A DNA stretch of 64,000 bases from Epithemia pelagica (Eukaryota > Protista > Bacillariophyta), in NCBI GenBank assembly GCA_946965045.2, contig OX337234.1, positions 3,792,737-3,856,736 on the forward strand. Direction: 5' to 3'. The notes below the pieces were generated by a model that was given only the letters and a program-made list of their open reading frames with translations, did not search any database and was not told where the DNA came from. A program made the position numbers and the translations under genes. Each line of letters begins with the position of its first letter. The first letter of the stretch is position 1. Shown here piece after piece: positions 36,747 through 48,122 of this stretch.

Positions 36747-36767
36747 CGTCACGTCACGTCACGTCAC
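36747..36767. promoter_or_regulatory. (CGTCA)4 array in a divergent intergenic region
   Basis: CGTCACGTCACGTCACGTCAC (TGACG motifs on the minus strand) between genes starting at 36399(-) and 36879(+); function inferred only. Confidence 0.35.
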
Positions 36768-36878
36768 ATTAGTTACGAGACGCCGCGAAATGACCCGGAA
36801 GTTTGGGTCTGAGATTTCGTTTGTTGCACACTCGGACCGATTCGGTTGGCATCAGTTGGTTTTGTGGCAGGGCCATCT

Positions 36879-38258
36879 ATGAAGGTAGCTACGAGTATAG
36901 AATATAGAACCATGATGTCCTGGTTGACTTTGATGCGCCGCACAGTGTGTCGTCCAGTGTTCCGTCGCCTCGTCTTGGTTGGTTTGCTGCTGTATAGTCT
37001 GTGGACCCTCGGTTCGTCTTGGTCCACGACGACGACGACGACGACGACGACGACAACGAGCTGCCGGTGCGATACTTCATTCCACGAACCACAAGCACCA
37101 CCACCACAACAAGGCCAAACTACTCCCCCCTTGGAGACACGAATACCACTCTCCAATGTATCGCGAATTTATTTGCTCGGCGAACGCAATTCGGGTACCT
37201 CGTATGTGGAACATGCATTGTTTGGAGCCTTTCGAGCCTATAGCCGTTGGCCCGTCGCCCCGGACTTGCTGCCGCCCCGGGTGGTCCACCACAACCAGAC
37301 CACCACGCAGCCACCCACAACAGGCCACAACCACCGTCCACCGGGGACAACGCGTTTCCGAGTGATTGGAACGGGGACACGTCTCCAAGGGGTTGGTACG
37401 GGGACACCCCAAACGAACAAAAACCTGCCGTTTCCCTTTGCCATGGACATTCCCGTGTTGGAATTCAAGCACATGTTTCGACAATCTTTGTTGAATGAGA
37501 CGGAATATCAAACCTTGGTCCAGCACTTTCGCGGCAATCACAACCACCAAAAGCCAAGGAGTGGTCGAGCTCTCTTTGTCTTGGTCGTACGGAGTCCGTG
37601 TGAATGGGCCGATGGCATGCGACGAAAACCCTGGCATTTGTGTCCCACCCAGCGCTTTCGGTCCCATAAGAACAATACCAACAAGAGCGACTCTATGGAG
37701 AATGACTTGTGTCATGGATCACCCTATATTAGTATGGAAGCACAGCGAGAAACGCAAGCCATGTCCTTGCACGACTTTTCCCGTCAACCCTGGAGAGAAT
37801 TTCCCTTTCGCCAGGGGCTTTCCAGGAATCACCAGCAGAGTCAAGGCTTTGACCACATTTTTCAGTTGCGAACCTTGAAATTGCAACTCATGGTGCAAGT
37901 CATTCAAGCGGCTCAACAAGCCGTCACGTCGTTTCATCCACACCAACCAATTCCCCTGCCCATTGTCTTGATTCATTTGCCAGATTTTGAAGCCGCTCCT
38001 CATCGAGCCATTGTGCAAATGGCGCAACGACATGGTTTGACACTGGAACCCTCCTATCGACCCCTGCCACCGACCTCGCATGCCTTGCATCAGTCTCTGT
38101 GTATTCCCCCCGCCATGGCGGAATGGATTCATGGTACTCACAACCACAACCACAAGAAGAACATGGTGGTCAATTGGACCTTGGAACAAGAACACTTTGG
38201 ATTTGTTCCATCCCAAGAGTGTCAACCCTGTGCCACGACGACCACTGGACACTCCTAA
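36879..38258 (+). CDS. Type II membrane P-loop sulfotransferase-like protein
   Basis: N-terminal TM (LVLVGLLLYSLWTLG), Thr-rich stem, RIYLLGERNSGTSY (5'-phosphosulfate loop-like), FVLVVRSPCEW (3'-phosphate motif-like). Confidence 0.75.
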   Translation: MKVATSIEYRTMMSWLTLMRRTVCRPVFRRLVLVGLLLYSLWTLGSSWSTTTTTTTTTTTSCRCDTSFHEPQAPPPQQGQTTPPLETRIPLSNVSRIYLLGERNSGTSYVEHALFGAFRAYSRWPVAPDLLPPRVVHHNQTTTQPPTTGHNHRPPGTTRFRVIGTGTRLQGVGTGTPQTNKNLPFPFAMDIPVLEFKHMFRQSLLNETEYQTLVQHFRGNHNHQKPRSGRALFVLVVRSPCEWADGMRRKPWHLCPTQRFRSHKNNTNKSDSMENDLCHGSPYISMEAQRETQAMSLHDFSRQPWREFPFRQGLSRNHQQSQGFDHIFQLRTLKLQLMVQVIQAAQQAVTSFHPHQPIPLPIVLIHLPDFEAAPHRAIVQMAQRHGLTLEPSYRPLPPTSHALHQSLCIPPAMAEWIHGTHNHNHKKNMVVNWTLEQEHFGFVPSQECQPCATTTTGHS

Positions 38259-38307
38259 TATTATTATTGCGAGAAATAGACACGTGGGTTTTTTTTTGTA
38301 TCCCTCC

Positions 38308-38368
38308 GAGAACACTTGGCGAAACATCGAAACGTCACCAAGGCCGCCGCCGCGCCGCTCATTGAGGT
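38308..38368 (+). pseudogene. 61-bp relic of NDUFB9 exon 2 including the donor GT
   Basis: 50/61 identical to 33725-33785; EHLAKHRNVTKAAAAPLIE versus ERFDKNRNVTKAAAARLIE. Confidence 0.75.
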
Positions 38369-38604
38369 TCGGAAGCACAAACCAAGGAAAACAGACTTGG
38401 ACATTTGCAACCATGGCGTCGACATGCAAAAGAGTTGGTCATTCCGGACTGGATATCCTTTACCGCCGACATGGCCAATCAGTTTGAAAATGTACGGCCC
38501 GTTATGACGGGTCCGACGGCACAGTTTATATGTGTTGAACAAGAATGCCAATCCGAAACAATGGGAAGCAGCCTTTTGTACGGTCGATGGGCAACGATGC
38601 TTTC

Positions 38605-40062
38605 TCACAGGTCAGACTCCGATTTGTCGTTCCTCTCTTTGCTTTCATCATCATTATTCTTCTCTTCGCTTTCGCTCGCCTCTGGCTTGACATCCAAGTC
38701 CAGTTCTTCCTCTTGTTCATTCTCATTCTTCTCCTTCAAGAGCATGGCCACGGTTTCAAAATCAGCAACACTCTGATCCAGAGCCGACTCAAACGACAAG
38801 AATGTGAAGGCCATTCCTTTGGAACTGGAACACCATACTTTGTTTCTAGATTGTTTCCATCAGAGCTTGTCTTTGTTGTGCCGATCCTTATACTACGCCA
38901 ACCATTGATCAGTATCATGGTCGCCATCTTGCGGGGAACCAGGCAAGGCGACTTGGTAGTACTCCAACAGCTAGGCGACTCGTGTCGCGCTTCCACACAG
39001 ATTCTTCCCAGTATGATTTACAAAACAAGAATCCACCAACGAATAGAATCGCAAAAAGGCTATAGCCAACCATTGTACTCATGGAGACGACCGCGTGCAG
39101 TCTTGACCGCCGGTACAACCGACTCTTGCTCACCTGGTCCCCATCCAGTCCTAAGTCCAAGACAAACTCAATTCCAACGTCGTTTCCTCACAAGCCATCT
39201 TTTTTCTTCTTCGTCATCTTTAATTTCTCCTTTAGCCGTTTCGTGAATTTGTGTATCCAACATCACCAAAGGTAACCAAAGGTGCCAACGGGTTGCCAAC
39301 CGGATGCGACGGACCATCTCGGCTGTATTTTTGAAAACTTTGGACTGTGAAGTCCAGGGCAGCTTTTTCACGGTGAGGAATATTTCGTGATGACTCTGCA
39401 TCCTTGACTGCCTTCCAAAAGGCCTCGTCTTCTTCATGATCCTGATTGTATACAGTAGTCTCGGCATCTTTTTCTTTGGCAACACACGATCGCCGCTTAT
39501 GAACGACGCATTCTGATGCTTTGAATTCCATCGAATACGGCCCTGCCGGTAAACGTCTATCAAAGTTGAAAATGACTTTGATTCGTTTGTCCACTGCACC
39601 AGTTCCTTCTTGGAGTTGCTGAAAGATTTTGGTCTGGTGCTTTTTTCGTTGTTCTGGCGTGTAGTATCGTGCCACGCCTGCTGTGGCAACCGTCGCCACC
39701 GACTGAACTCGTACTGGCAAATTGTTCTTGTTGTCCCGTCCGGACCGACTACCAACACGTCCCAGGGCAACACCTCCCAACAAAGCGCAACCTTTGGGGA
39801 CGGCTTCCGGAGAAGGAGACAAGGCAGGTACCTTTTGCAGCCAGGATGCTAGGGAAGACGACGAGTCTTTGAGCCCTGTGGTCAAGGCCTGATGCAAGGC
39901 ATCTTGCTCGGGCGAAGATCCATATGACAAAACTACCGCTGGACCATCCGAATCAGGTGCGACAGTATCCAGAATATGTTCCAGCTCTTTCAAGCAAGAT
40001 TCTAACAAGATGTATGGTTTGTCCTCTTGGTTTGAGACAAGTCGACTCACATGTGCAACCAT
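38605..40062 (-). pseudogene. Decayed gene of unknown family
   Basis: A 276-aa ORF (39232-40062) continues after a frameshift; the frame of 38605-38814 extends upstream as plausible protein with stops at 38971-73, 38893-95, 38860-62; GTGAGC donor after DGDQ. Confidence 0.5.
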
Positions 40063-40223
40063 ATTCCCAGTCCCAAGGACTCCTCACAGCACATAAGTAT
40101 CGTATCATGGCAGTACCAAACACGATGAGAGTGTGATCGTTCATCTGATCATGACACTTTTGTCAGTCACAAACTAGAAATTTCTGGAAGCGTTGTGGGC
40201 GTGGCGGTTGCTTCCAGAGTTTG

Positions 40224-40949
40224 TGATGGCGGCACAAATGTATGAACTCTATACTACAATTGGACTTTTAATAGTATGAATACACGAACTACAAACTGTC
40301 CCGTAGGAGGGAGTCTCAGTAGTCAACGCCGCAACACAGAACGAGTGAGACTGCGTCTCTCAAAATCATCGTGCTGCAACAGCGTACACTAGGACGCATC
40401 TACTAGGAATAGTTGGAAACTGCGTCCTTAGGGATAAATTTTGACTTGATACCTTGCCCTTTCTGTCGCCTGAACGAGTCCAAATCGATCAGAAGGCAGT
40501 CATGTTGGTTGTTTTATTGGTCACCACAACACTCACCCTTGGTTGTTGAAAGTGGTTGTTTGGTATGGACATGGCATGAATCGAAAAGAACGAAACGGAG
40601 ATCCTCCATTATCACAACGTGTTTGCTCCTAGACAGCCGAATGTGACCAAATGCGACGACGAATAGTGAATGTTGTTGCATACGTGGCCGAACGGTATCA
40701 GCTACAAAGAAATCATTGCACAGAGTCTTCGTATGAAAAACTCTAAGCAAATCCGAACGGATGAAATCACAAAAGTGACAGTTGAGGAGGAAAAGCTTGA
40801 AGCTACCGTTGGCTGTTTTTCAATAGGATCGATCATGGTAAATGGTCCCGTTGTTGTCGAACATCAACTGAGCCAATTGGTTCGACACAGAGATACAATG
40901 CCTTGGGTCGTTCTCGCATCCACCATGCACCGACTGGAGGTTATCGCCC
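40224..40949. repeat. ~0.73-kb segment duplicated at 45576-46309
   Basis: Near-identical direct copies from TGATGGCGGCACAAATG to GGAGGTTATCGCCC. Confidence 0.92.
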
Positions 40950-41409
40950 ACGTTGGATGCCCATGTTTGATTGGGTGTCTCACGAATGGCAAGTTGTTCT
41001 TCTCAGCAATGGCTGGCTATCTTGTAACGACTGTGCTGAAGTCAGTTTGTTGTCACCAGATGATAAACGAAATAATGTGTCATAGATGAGTTTCTATGTG
41101 TGCATCTCGCTCGAGTACCATCACTCAGCTACCTTCGTTTGATTTCAAATGGACTCCCCGTTTTGTTTGTTTCTGTGAAACAAGTGGAACCGTAACGTGT
41201 CCACGTTTTTATGCCAAACACCAAGTATCGACAATTCACACCCCGTGTATGCTTCCACATTCTTTGCAGCCATCATGTCTGCGTTTTCGAGTTGGACCCT
41301 TTGATTAACAGTGCCCCTTGTCGACCATGGCATCATGTGCAGTGCATGTTTCAGAATTGTCTTTTTCGGCCGCCATGTGTGTGTGTGTGTGTTTTCTATG
41401 GCGAACGTG

Positions 41410-43020
41410 TCAGTTACTAATAGAAGCTTGCTCTTTCTCCGAAGAACGAGTTCCATTCTTGCGCTCGCCAGACAGTGCACACACCGTTTCACGGACCCTT
41501 TGTTTCAACGAACCCTGCTTGCCAATTCCATCTCCTTTCAACAAAAAGAAGCGCTCTATTGTTGCAGTGCTGTTCGCAAGAATGGGTTGGTCCAACATGT
41601 GTTTGTAGGCCGTTTGGTTGGATTGTAGATGGACAATTTGATCCAGGGAAGGTTGCGGATCTGACATATTGTAGTATACAAAGGCATGACGGTTGAAAAT
41701 ATCAAACACTTCTTCCGTACCGTAGTAGATTGGAATACAACCTGCCCAAAAGGCCAGGACAATCTTTTCGGTTACGTATCCAGGAGTGTATCGTTTGTCT
41801 GGAACGAAGCAAAATCGATAATGCTGATACATCTTGTAGTTATTACCCCATTTACTCCTTGGCAAAGGCCACTGAGTTTCACGGACCAAGGACGCATTCT
41901 TGAGGTAACCCCAACACTTGCCTCCCTTGTGGGCCATTTCAGAACGAGCAAGGGGTTGGGGCAAGTTGGATAGTGTTGCGGTAATTATCGAATCAAACGC
42001 CTTTTCCCTTAAGGGGTGACAGTTGCTGTTGGTATAAATGAGAAAGGCCTCTCCGGTGTTGCGAGGCTTCTTTGAGTGGTCAAACAGTAGTTCTTGTTCC
42101 TTTGGTGTTGCAATACTGATAACCATATTGCCATAGAACAGCCGTACGCTGTATTCTGAGTCCGCTACATATCCCAGATGAAGATTGCGAGGGGGTGGAT
42201 GGGAAAGAGTCTTTTCTGACCCTCGGGTCGAATGACCATCAGAGGACGACTTGGTGGGCTCGCTTCTCCACTGGTCTTGTGACGATATGGAGTTGACATA
42301 TCTATCCCAAACCTCTCCTCCGTAGGCCTCTCCATTGACGTGAAACACCATCCCCGGAAACGAATGAAGCATCTGCTGAAGCGATACGCCACAGGGTCCG
42401 TTGGTTCCCATGATCAATACATCGTTTTTGGTCGTGTTTTTGAAATTCGATTGAGTCAAGAGGATGGTTTCGAGCGAATCCAATTCTGGATAAGTATTCC
42501 TGACGACCTCTCGTTGCAAAACGTAGCCACAAACATAAATTTGGGCTGGTATGACAGTTGGCCAAGGATTGGCTTGGCACATGGGTCCGATGGGCAAGGC
42601 CTCTTCATCACTTTGATCCATTCGGGAATTATTTCTGTCCACCCCGAGTTTGCCACTACTTCTCAAGCTGGTTCCGTTCGCATGGATCCAGAGCATAGGT
42701 TCTTTGTGGTGTGTTGGAGTGAGTGAGTTCAAGCAAAGTGATAGAACAATAGCACTCCATACCCATTTTCTTCGGGAATTTCGAAATTTACATGTCCAGT
42801 CCCGATCAAGCTTATTCTCTTTTCCATTCCATCTCGTCATCTTGTGTGTTATCATTATCACTCTCAAGAAACAAACATTCAAAATTCGACGACCTACGCA
42901 AATTTGCAAAAATGCATAGCGCATGGTTGGGGATGACCTACCTCCAAGTAGGGGTGAGTGGTTGCATCTGTGTCGTGCTTTTGTTGTGCAAATTCTTACT
43001 TTTCGATCACTAATCCTCAT
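41410..43020 (-). CDS. GT10 alpha-1,3-fucosyltransferase-like type II membrane protein (start uncertain)
   Basis: TM KWVWSAIVLSLCLNSL; FLIYTNSNC..REKAF; YRFCFVPDKRYTPGYVTEKIVLAFWAGCIPIYYG. Confidence 0.8.
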   Translation of the reverse strand: MRISDRKVRICTTKARHRCNHSPLLGGRSSPTMRYAFLQICVGRRILNVCFLRVIMITHKMTRWNGKENKLDRDWTCKFRNSRRKWVWSAIVLSLCLNSLTPTHHKEPMLWIHANGTSLRSSGKLGVDRNNSRMDQSDEEALPIGPMCQANPWPTVIPAQIYVCGYVLQREVVRNTYPELDSLETILLTQSNFKNTTKNDVLIMGTNGPCGVSLQQMLHSFPGMVFHVNGEAYGGEVWDRYVNSISSQDQWRSEPTKSSSDGHSTRGSEKTLSHPPPRNLHLGYVADSEYSVRLFYGNMVISIATPKEQELLFDHSKKPRNTGEAFLIYTNSNCHPLREKAFDSIITATLSNLPQPLARSEMAHKGGKCWGYLKNASLVRETQWPLPRSKWGNNYKMYQHYRFCFVPDKRYTPGYVTEKIVLAFWAGCIPIYYGTEEVFDIFNRHAFVYYNMSDPQPSLDQIVHLQSNQTAYKHMLDQPILANSTATIERFFLLKGDGIGKQGSLKQRVRETVCALSGERKNGTRSSEKEQASISN

Positions 43021-43216
43021 GACTCACCCACGCTGGGGGTTATAAGATGACAGATGGGAGTATTATACAAAGCTCCTACCAAAATCGGCCACATAGCCTG
43101 CCAAATATGGGCCACAATTTCAATAAAAAGGGGGGGGGGTTGTACATTTGAGTCAAAAAAAAGAGTTGAGACAAACGACTCTCTTTCCGGTTGTTGTGTG
43201 CACTCGTTGATTCTCC

Positions 43217-44644
43217 ATGTCGCCGCCGATAGAAGAGGTCATCAAGACGCGGTCCAGTCCAACCAACCGCAATGGGTGTCCCACCCTTTATACCAAAGCT
43301 AGGTTGATGGCTTTTGGTGTTATTGTGTTGGTGTTCCTTCTTCAGACCCGTCAGATTGTGAATCTTCCTCTTTTCATGGGAGCTTCGTCCTTCTCGGGTG
43401 CCGTTGCAACCAACAATCCATCTTCTTCACTTGCCACAAATCCACCCACCGGGATGGGGCCGTCAATTTCTGCAAACATGGCGAATGATACACCTATTGG
43501 GGAGGAAGCAAATTTACCGGTTCCTTCTGCTGGTTTGCGCCTAGATTGGACTCAATTGGACCTGCACTCTCCCATGGCAAAACGAATCGCCGCTCATCAA
43601 AGTTCTTGTGACATCCCCGAGGCGATATTTCCATGGCGAAATAAAGCAGCTGGGATTGGCAGTGATTTGACCCTGTGGTCCTATGGCATATGCAGAGGCA
43701 TGCAGCTCGGTCAGCGTCTCATCTCGCCTCGACCGTGGATTCATCGGAGCCAAGTCGGTTGTCCCATCAACGACAACTCGTCCATGACCTGCTACTTTCC
43801 ACGATCGGAGGATTTGTGTACCACAGTGAACGAGCAGGCTCTCGCCAAGAAGGGCAACACGAGACGTCCTCCACGCTCTCAACTCAGGATTGAACAAGAT
43901 GGAAGAGTTCGCGACGAATGTTGGTCTTTGCTACAACAGGCAAATCTCACCAAAAAAGATTTTGTCGGATCGGCCACGGAGTTTTTGTTTTCGAGCGTTT
44001 CATCCAGAGTAGTCGACTCTGCCGTTGAGAGGCTCCCACTTGTCTTTCCACCTCATGGCATTGTGCCGCCCAACATGATTACCGTACACATTCGGTGGGG
44101 AGATAAAGGAACAGAAATGGATTTAGTAAGCATTCACTCCTACATTGATGCTTGTCATCAAATTCTACAACGACGACGACACCAACTACAACGACCAAGA
44201 AACCAAGTCGCAGGGTCTCAGGGCACAAACCAGACAAACTTGGCGGACAGCATACCCATTTACACCAACCACAGCGGTAGCAGCAAGGACGGAGATCCGG
44301 TACACATATTTTTGGCCACTGAAGATCCAACTGCAGTTCAAGCCATGCGTGCAAACATGCCATCGCATTGGAAATTGTATGTTGATCCCTATGTAGAGGA
44401 GTTTTCCCAATATCGTCAAAAGGGGTTCGGTGGGAATGCCCACATGACTAAAGCTCAAAGGGGAACGCCTGGATTGGCTGGATTGGCCTCACTCCTGATA
44501 GCCATGGAGGCCAATGACTTTGTTCTGACTACGGCAAGCAACTGGAGTCGACTCATGAATGACCTTCGACGATTCATTGTGCAACAGCACTTTTCAACCA
44601 CTGTTATTGACTTGCGGCCCAACAATCGTCCTTCGCGCAAATAG
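43217..44644 (+). CDS. GT23 alpha-1,6-fucosyltransferase-like (FUT8/NodZ-type) type II membrane protein
   Basis: TM LMAFGVIVLVFLL; motifs VHIRWGDK, IFLATED, MEANDFVLTTASNWSRL. Confidence 0.82.
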   Translation: MSPPIEEVIKTRSSPTNRNGCPTLYTKARLMAFGVIVLVFLLQTRQIVNLPLFMGASSFSGAVATNNPSSSLATNPPTGMGPSISANMANDTPIGEEANLPVPSAGLRLDWTQLDLHSPMAKRIAAHQSSCDIPEAIFPWRNKAAGIGSDLTLWSYGICRGMQLGQRLISPRPWIHRSQVGCPINDNSSMTCYFPRSEDLCTTVNEQALAKKGNTRRPPRSQLRIEQDGRVRDECWSLLQQANLTKKDFVGSATEFLFSSVSSRVVDSAVERLPLVFPPHGIVPPNMITVHIRWGDKGTEMDLVSIHSYIDACHQILQRRRHQLQRPRNQVAGSQGTNQTNLADSIPIYTNHSGSSKDGDPVHIFLATEDPTAVQAMRANMPSHWKLYVDPYVEEFSQYRQKGFGGNAHMTKAQRGTPGLAGLASLLIAMEANDFVLTTASNWSRLMNDLRRFIVQQHFSTTVIDLRPNNRPSRK

Positions 44645-44858
44645 AACTGAGTCTCCTTCAAAACGTGCCAACTGTGAGAATATAGTCTCTTGTTGCACTC
44701 TTCCTCGAGGCGATCCACCCTACAATTTGCCCATGAGCACCAACGGTCCCTGGCGCGAACCGGGATTGACGGAACAAGACTATGGCACTGGTCATTTGGC
44801 CGTTGCCGCCTCGTTGCTAACTGCTGGATCGGTATTCTTGTCGGGCGGGGACAATTGT

Positions 44859-44908
44859 GTCTTTGCGGAACGCTTGGCCAAAAGTCTTTGCGGAACGCTT
44901 GGCCAAAA
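44859..44908. repeat. Perfect 25-bp tandem duplication
   Basis: GTCTTTGCGGAACGCTTGGCCAAAA x2. Confidence 0.9.
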
Positions 44909-45020
44909 CTACGGCCAAGGCCAACTTGCAACAAATAACCATTACGCCCACCTTGTTTGATTGTCTCAATGGGACACGAATTCGCTTGGATTTTCCCGAA
45001 AAAACCTCCAGTGCGCCTAC

Positions 45021-45580
45021 TGGGTCCACTTCCACAGAGCGAGCGACAGGGTCCTTCTTGGACCGTAATAATATAGAGAGGCGCCAAGGCTTTCAAGGCT
45101 TTCAAGGCATTCTAGGTAGCACGAGCTCCATCCGCCAGACACCCCGGAGAGGAACAAACGTACAGCGTTGTTGTTGGAGGAGGAAGAACGGCCGAGGGTG
45201 ATTCGTTCTTGTCTGTTAGGGTTGGCTTTGTGCGTGGTTGGGGCTGCTTGCCGTTTCGGGTTTGCGAATGGGAGGGCCGCGATGGAGATGTTGTTGTGGT
45301 AGTGGTAGTGGAAGTGGAGGAGGACTTGTCCGGTCCAAGAATGAGGACATGCTGGTTGTGCTACCGGGTGGTCCTCGTCGTGCCATGGCAGCAATGCTGG
45401 ATTCTTGTGAACGATCTCGCCGACTGGGTCGTTGCGAAGGCAATCCAAAAAAGGTACCATCGTCCGTGCCGCCTTGTTGTGGCCATCCCTTTTGTTGCTT
45501 GCCAGTGGTCCAAGAGGACAAGAGGGAACGTGCCGTTTTCTTGTCGTCCGCCTTGTCGCTGTTGGTTGGGCCCGATGATG
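45021..45580 (-). pseudogene. Partial pseudogene copy of the ferredoxin/TPR gene (matches 35647-36203)
   Basis: TARSLLSSWTTG...GLPSQRPSRR...ESSIAAMARRGPP; later frameshift, in-frame TAG and a 9-nt duplication before EGPCRSLCGSGP. Confidence 0.85.
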
Positions 45581-46309
45581 GCGGCACAAATGTATGAACT
45601 CTATACTACTATTGGACTTTTAATAGTATGAATACACGAACTACAAACTGTCCCGTAGGAGGGAGTCTCAGTAGTCAACGCCGCAACACAGAACGAGTGA
45701 GACTGCGTCTCTCAAAATCATAGTGCTGCAACAGCGTACACTAGGACGCATCTACTAGGAATAGTTGGAAACTGCGTCCTTAGGGATAAATATTGACTTG
45801 ATACCTTGGCCTTTCTGTCGCCTGAACGAGTCCAGATCGATCAGAAAGCACATGTTGGTTGTTTTATTGGTCACCACAACACTCACCCTTGGTTGTTGAA
45901 AGTGGTTGTTTGGTATGGACATGGCATGAATCGAAAAGAACGAAACGGAGATCCTCCATTATCACAACGTGTTTGCTCCTAGACAGCCGAATGTGACCAA
46001 ATGCGACGACGAATAGTGAATGTTGTTGCATACGTGGCCGAACGGTATCAGCAACACAGAAATCATTGCACAGAGTCTTCGTATGAAAAACTCTAAGCAA
46101 ATCCGAACGGATGAAATCACAAAAATGACACATGACGCGCCATGAGGAGGAAAAGCTTGAAGCTACCGTTGGCTGTTTTTCAATAGGATCGATCATGGTA
46201 AATAGTCCCGTTGTTGTCGAACATCAACTGAGCCAATTGGTTCGACACAGAGATACAATGCCTTGAGTCGTTCTCGCATCCACCATGCACCGACTGGAGG
46301 TTATCGCCC
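45576..46309. repeat. Copy of 40224-40949
   Basis: Joined to the pseudogene fragment through TGATG microhomology. Confidence 0.92.
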
Positions 46310-48122
46310 TAAGGATATTTCACTTTTTTGGGAGCTTTTAGTACTAGAGACCGTAGAATTTGAACGTGTGCATATGAGCACAAAATCCTATAGTGCCTGT
46401 TGCATATGAGCAAGGATTTGTTGCGGATGACTCCCGATTAAGCACACCCAGTTTTTTAATCCGGTCGCTCTTCGCGACCAACATTTTCATTTTCGTTTTT
46501 TGCGTTTTTGATGAAAATTTCTGGTCAAAATGAAAATGATCACGCCGGCCTTCTGGGTCCCCCTTTTGAAATCTTGTGAGCAGACGTGCGCGCTTTGACC
46601 GTTGGTCTTCGTTCGTCCTCACTTTCCCCTGTTCCAAGTTCCAATCGACACATTTTTTTCTCGTCTTCTCCTCTTCTCCCTCTTTCTCATGGACAATGGA
46701 CATGCACCATGACCATGCATTCTCTATCATGCATACCACTGACATTTTTTACATGAATAGACCATAGATAGAGTTTGGCTGTGCCCCATCCCTCCTTTTT
46801 CTAGTGTTTTTTTCTCCTGTAGTTCTCGGTTTAAAAGCACACCCTCATCCACAACACCTTGTCTATGCCGTAGGCATGTCTCTTTGCAAGCAATTGTGAG
46901 AGACCTAAAGCTACTCCCTACACCCCTATTTGGAATGACTCTCTTCGTGCTTTTGTTATGGAGCATGCAGAGTCCCAAATGCTGCTCAGAAACACCAGCA
47001 TGCTCCGGGCAAAAAAAGAACAAGAGGAGCAAGTCGACAACACAAGCAACTGAAGACTCAATCTGAGCAACATATGATTTGCACCACTAATTCTATCTCA
47101 CTGAGCTTTAAAACTCTATAGAATACTAAAAGAATCCTACAATTGATTTTAGCTGCCGCCCATTGAATGGACCAAAACTGGATGTTATACGGCACAAACA
47201 CATGGCACTATGGCAAAGAAGTGAGAGAACCTATCCCAAACCATTGTCCAATTCCAATACAGGGGTTAAGCTATGTGGAACTTACCATGCTGACAAAGAT
47301 GAGATGCTCAGTGCTCAGTGACGAAGCATGAGGCCGTTTTGGTGTTGTTGTTGGTTTGGTCGTTGCCTCATTTTGTTTTCTGCGTGGGTTTTGTGGCGTC
47401 CGGACCGGACCGGACATTCTTTCGAGTCTTGTTCATCAGAACGCCTGCCATCTTCCAACTGCCATATCACGCAAGCCTTTCCAGACGGATGTAAAATTTT
47501 TTTCTAGACAAGTTTGAGTTTTTGGTGAGCGGGACAGACCATGAAAGAGTTGACAGGCAGACCACTGGTGCCCAAAAACTGGGTGTGGTTAATCGGGAGT
47601 AATTTGTTATGCTTTTGTTGCGATTGAGCAGTGGCCTTGTCTATGCCCCTTTGACCACTCCCCAAAAGAAGTCATATTCAATATGCTCTATACTAGCCAA
47701 ATACTTTTCAGAGCTCTGCCAGTTAGGTTTTTGTCTTGCCCTACTCTACATAGAAGAATCAACGTAGGATTGAATTTCCTTTGGTTTGCTGTACAAAATT
47801 TCCTTGTTACAACAAACCAGCTAGTATGTGTGTACAAGTGACATATATTTGTACACAAATGACAAACTAAATTTTTTGTACAATCTTTTTTCCCGCCAAA
47901 TGACGCTGGCATTTCACAGAAAAATCTCATTTCACCCATCACTAGTTCTCATCAAAATCCCATTTTGACCATTCCTAGTTTATGCCTCTAGGTCTTTGTA
48001 CCTACCCATCATTCGTCCAGTAAATTGGGCCCAATGCAATTCTGCAAAGGGTCATCACTCCCTTTCTTTGATGAACGATGAAAGATGTCTCTTGAACACT
48101 CTCAGCAAAACCTCTATCGACA

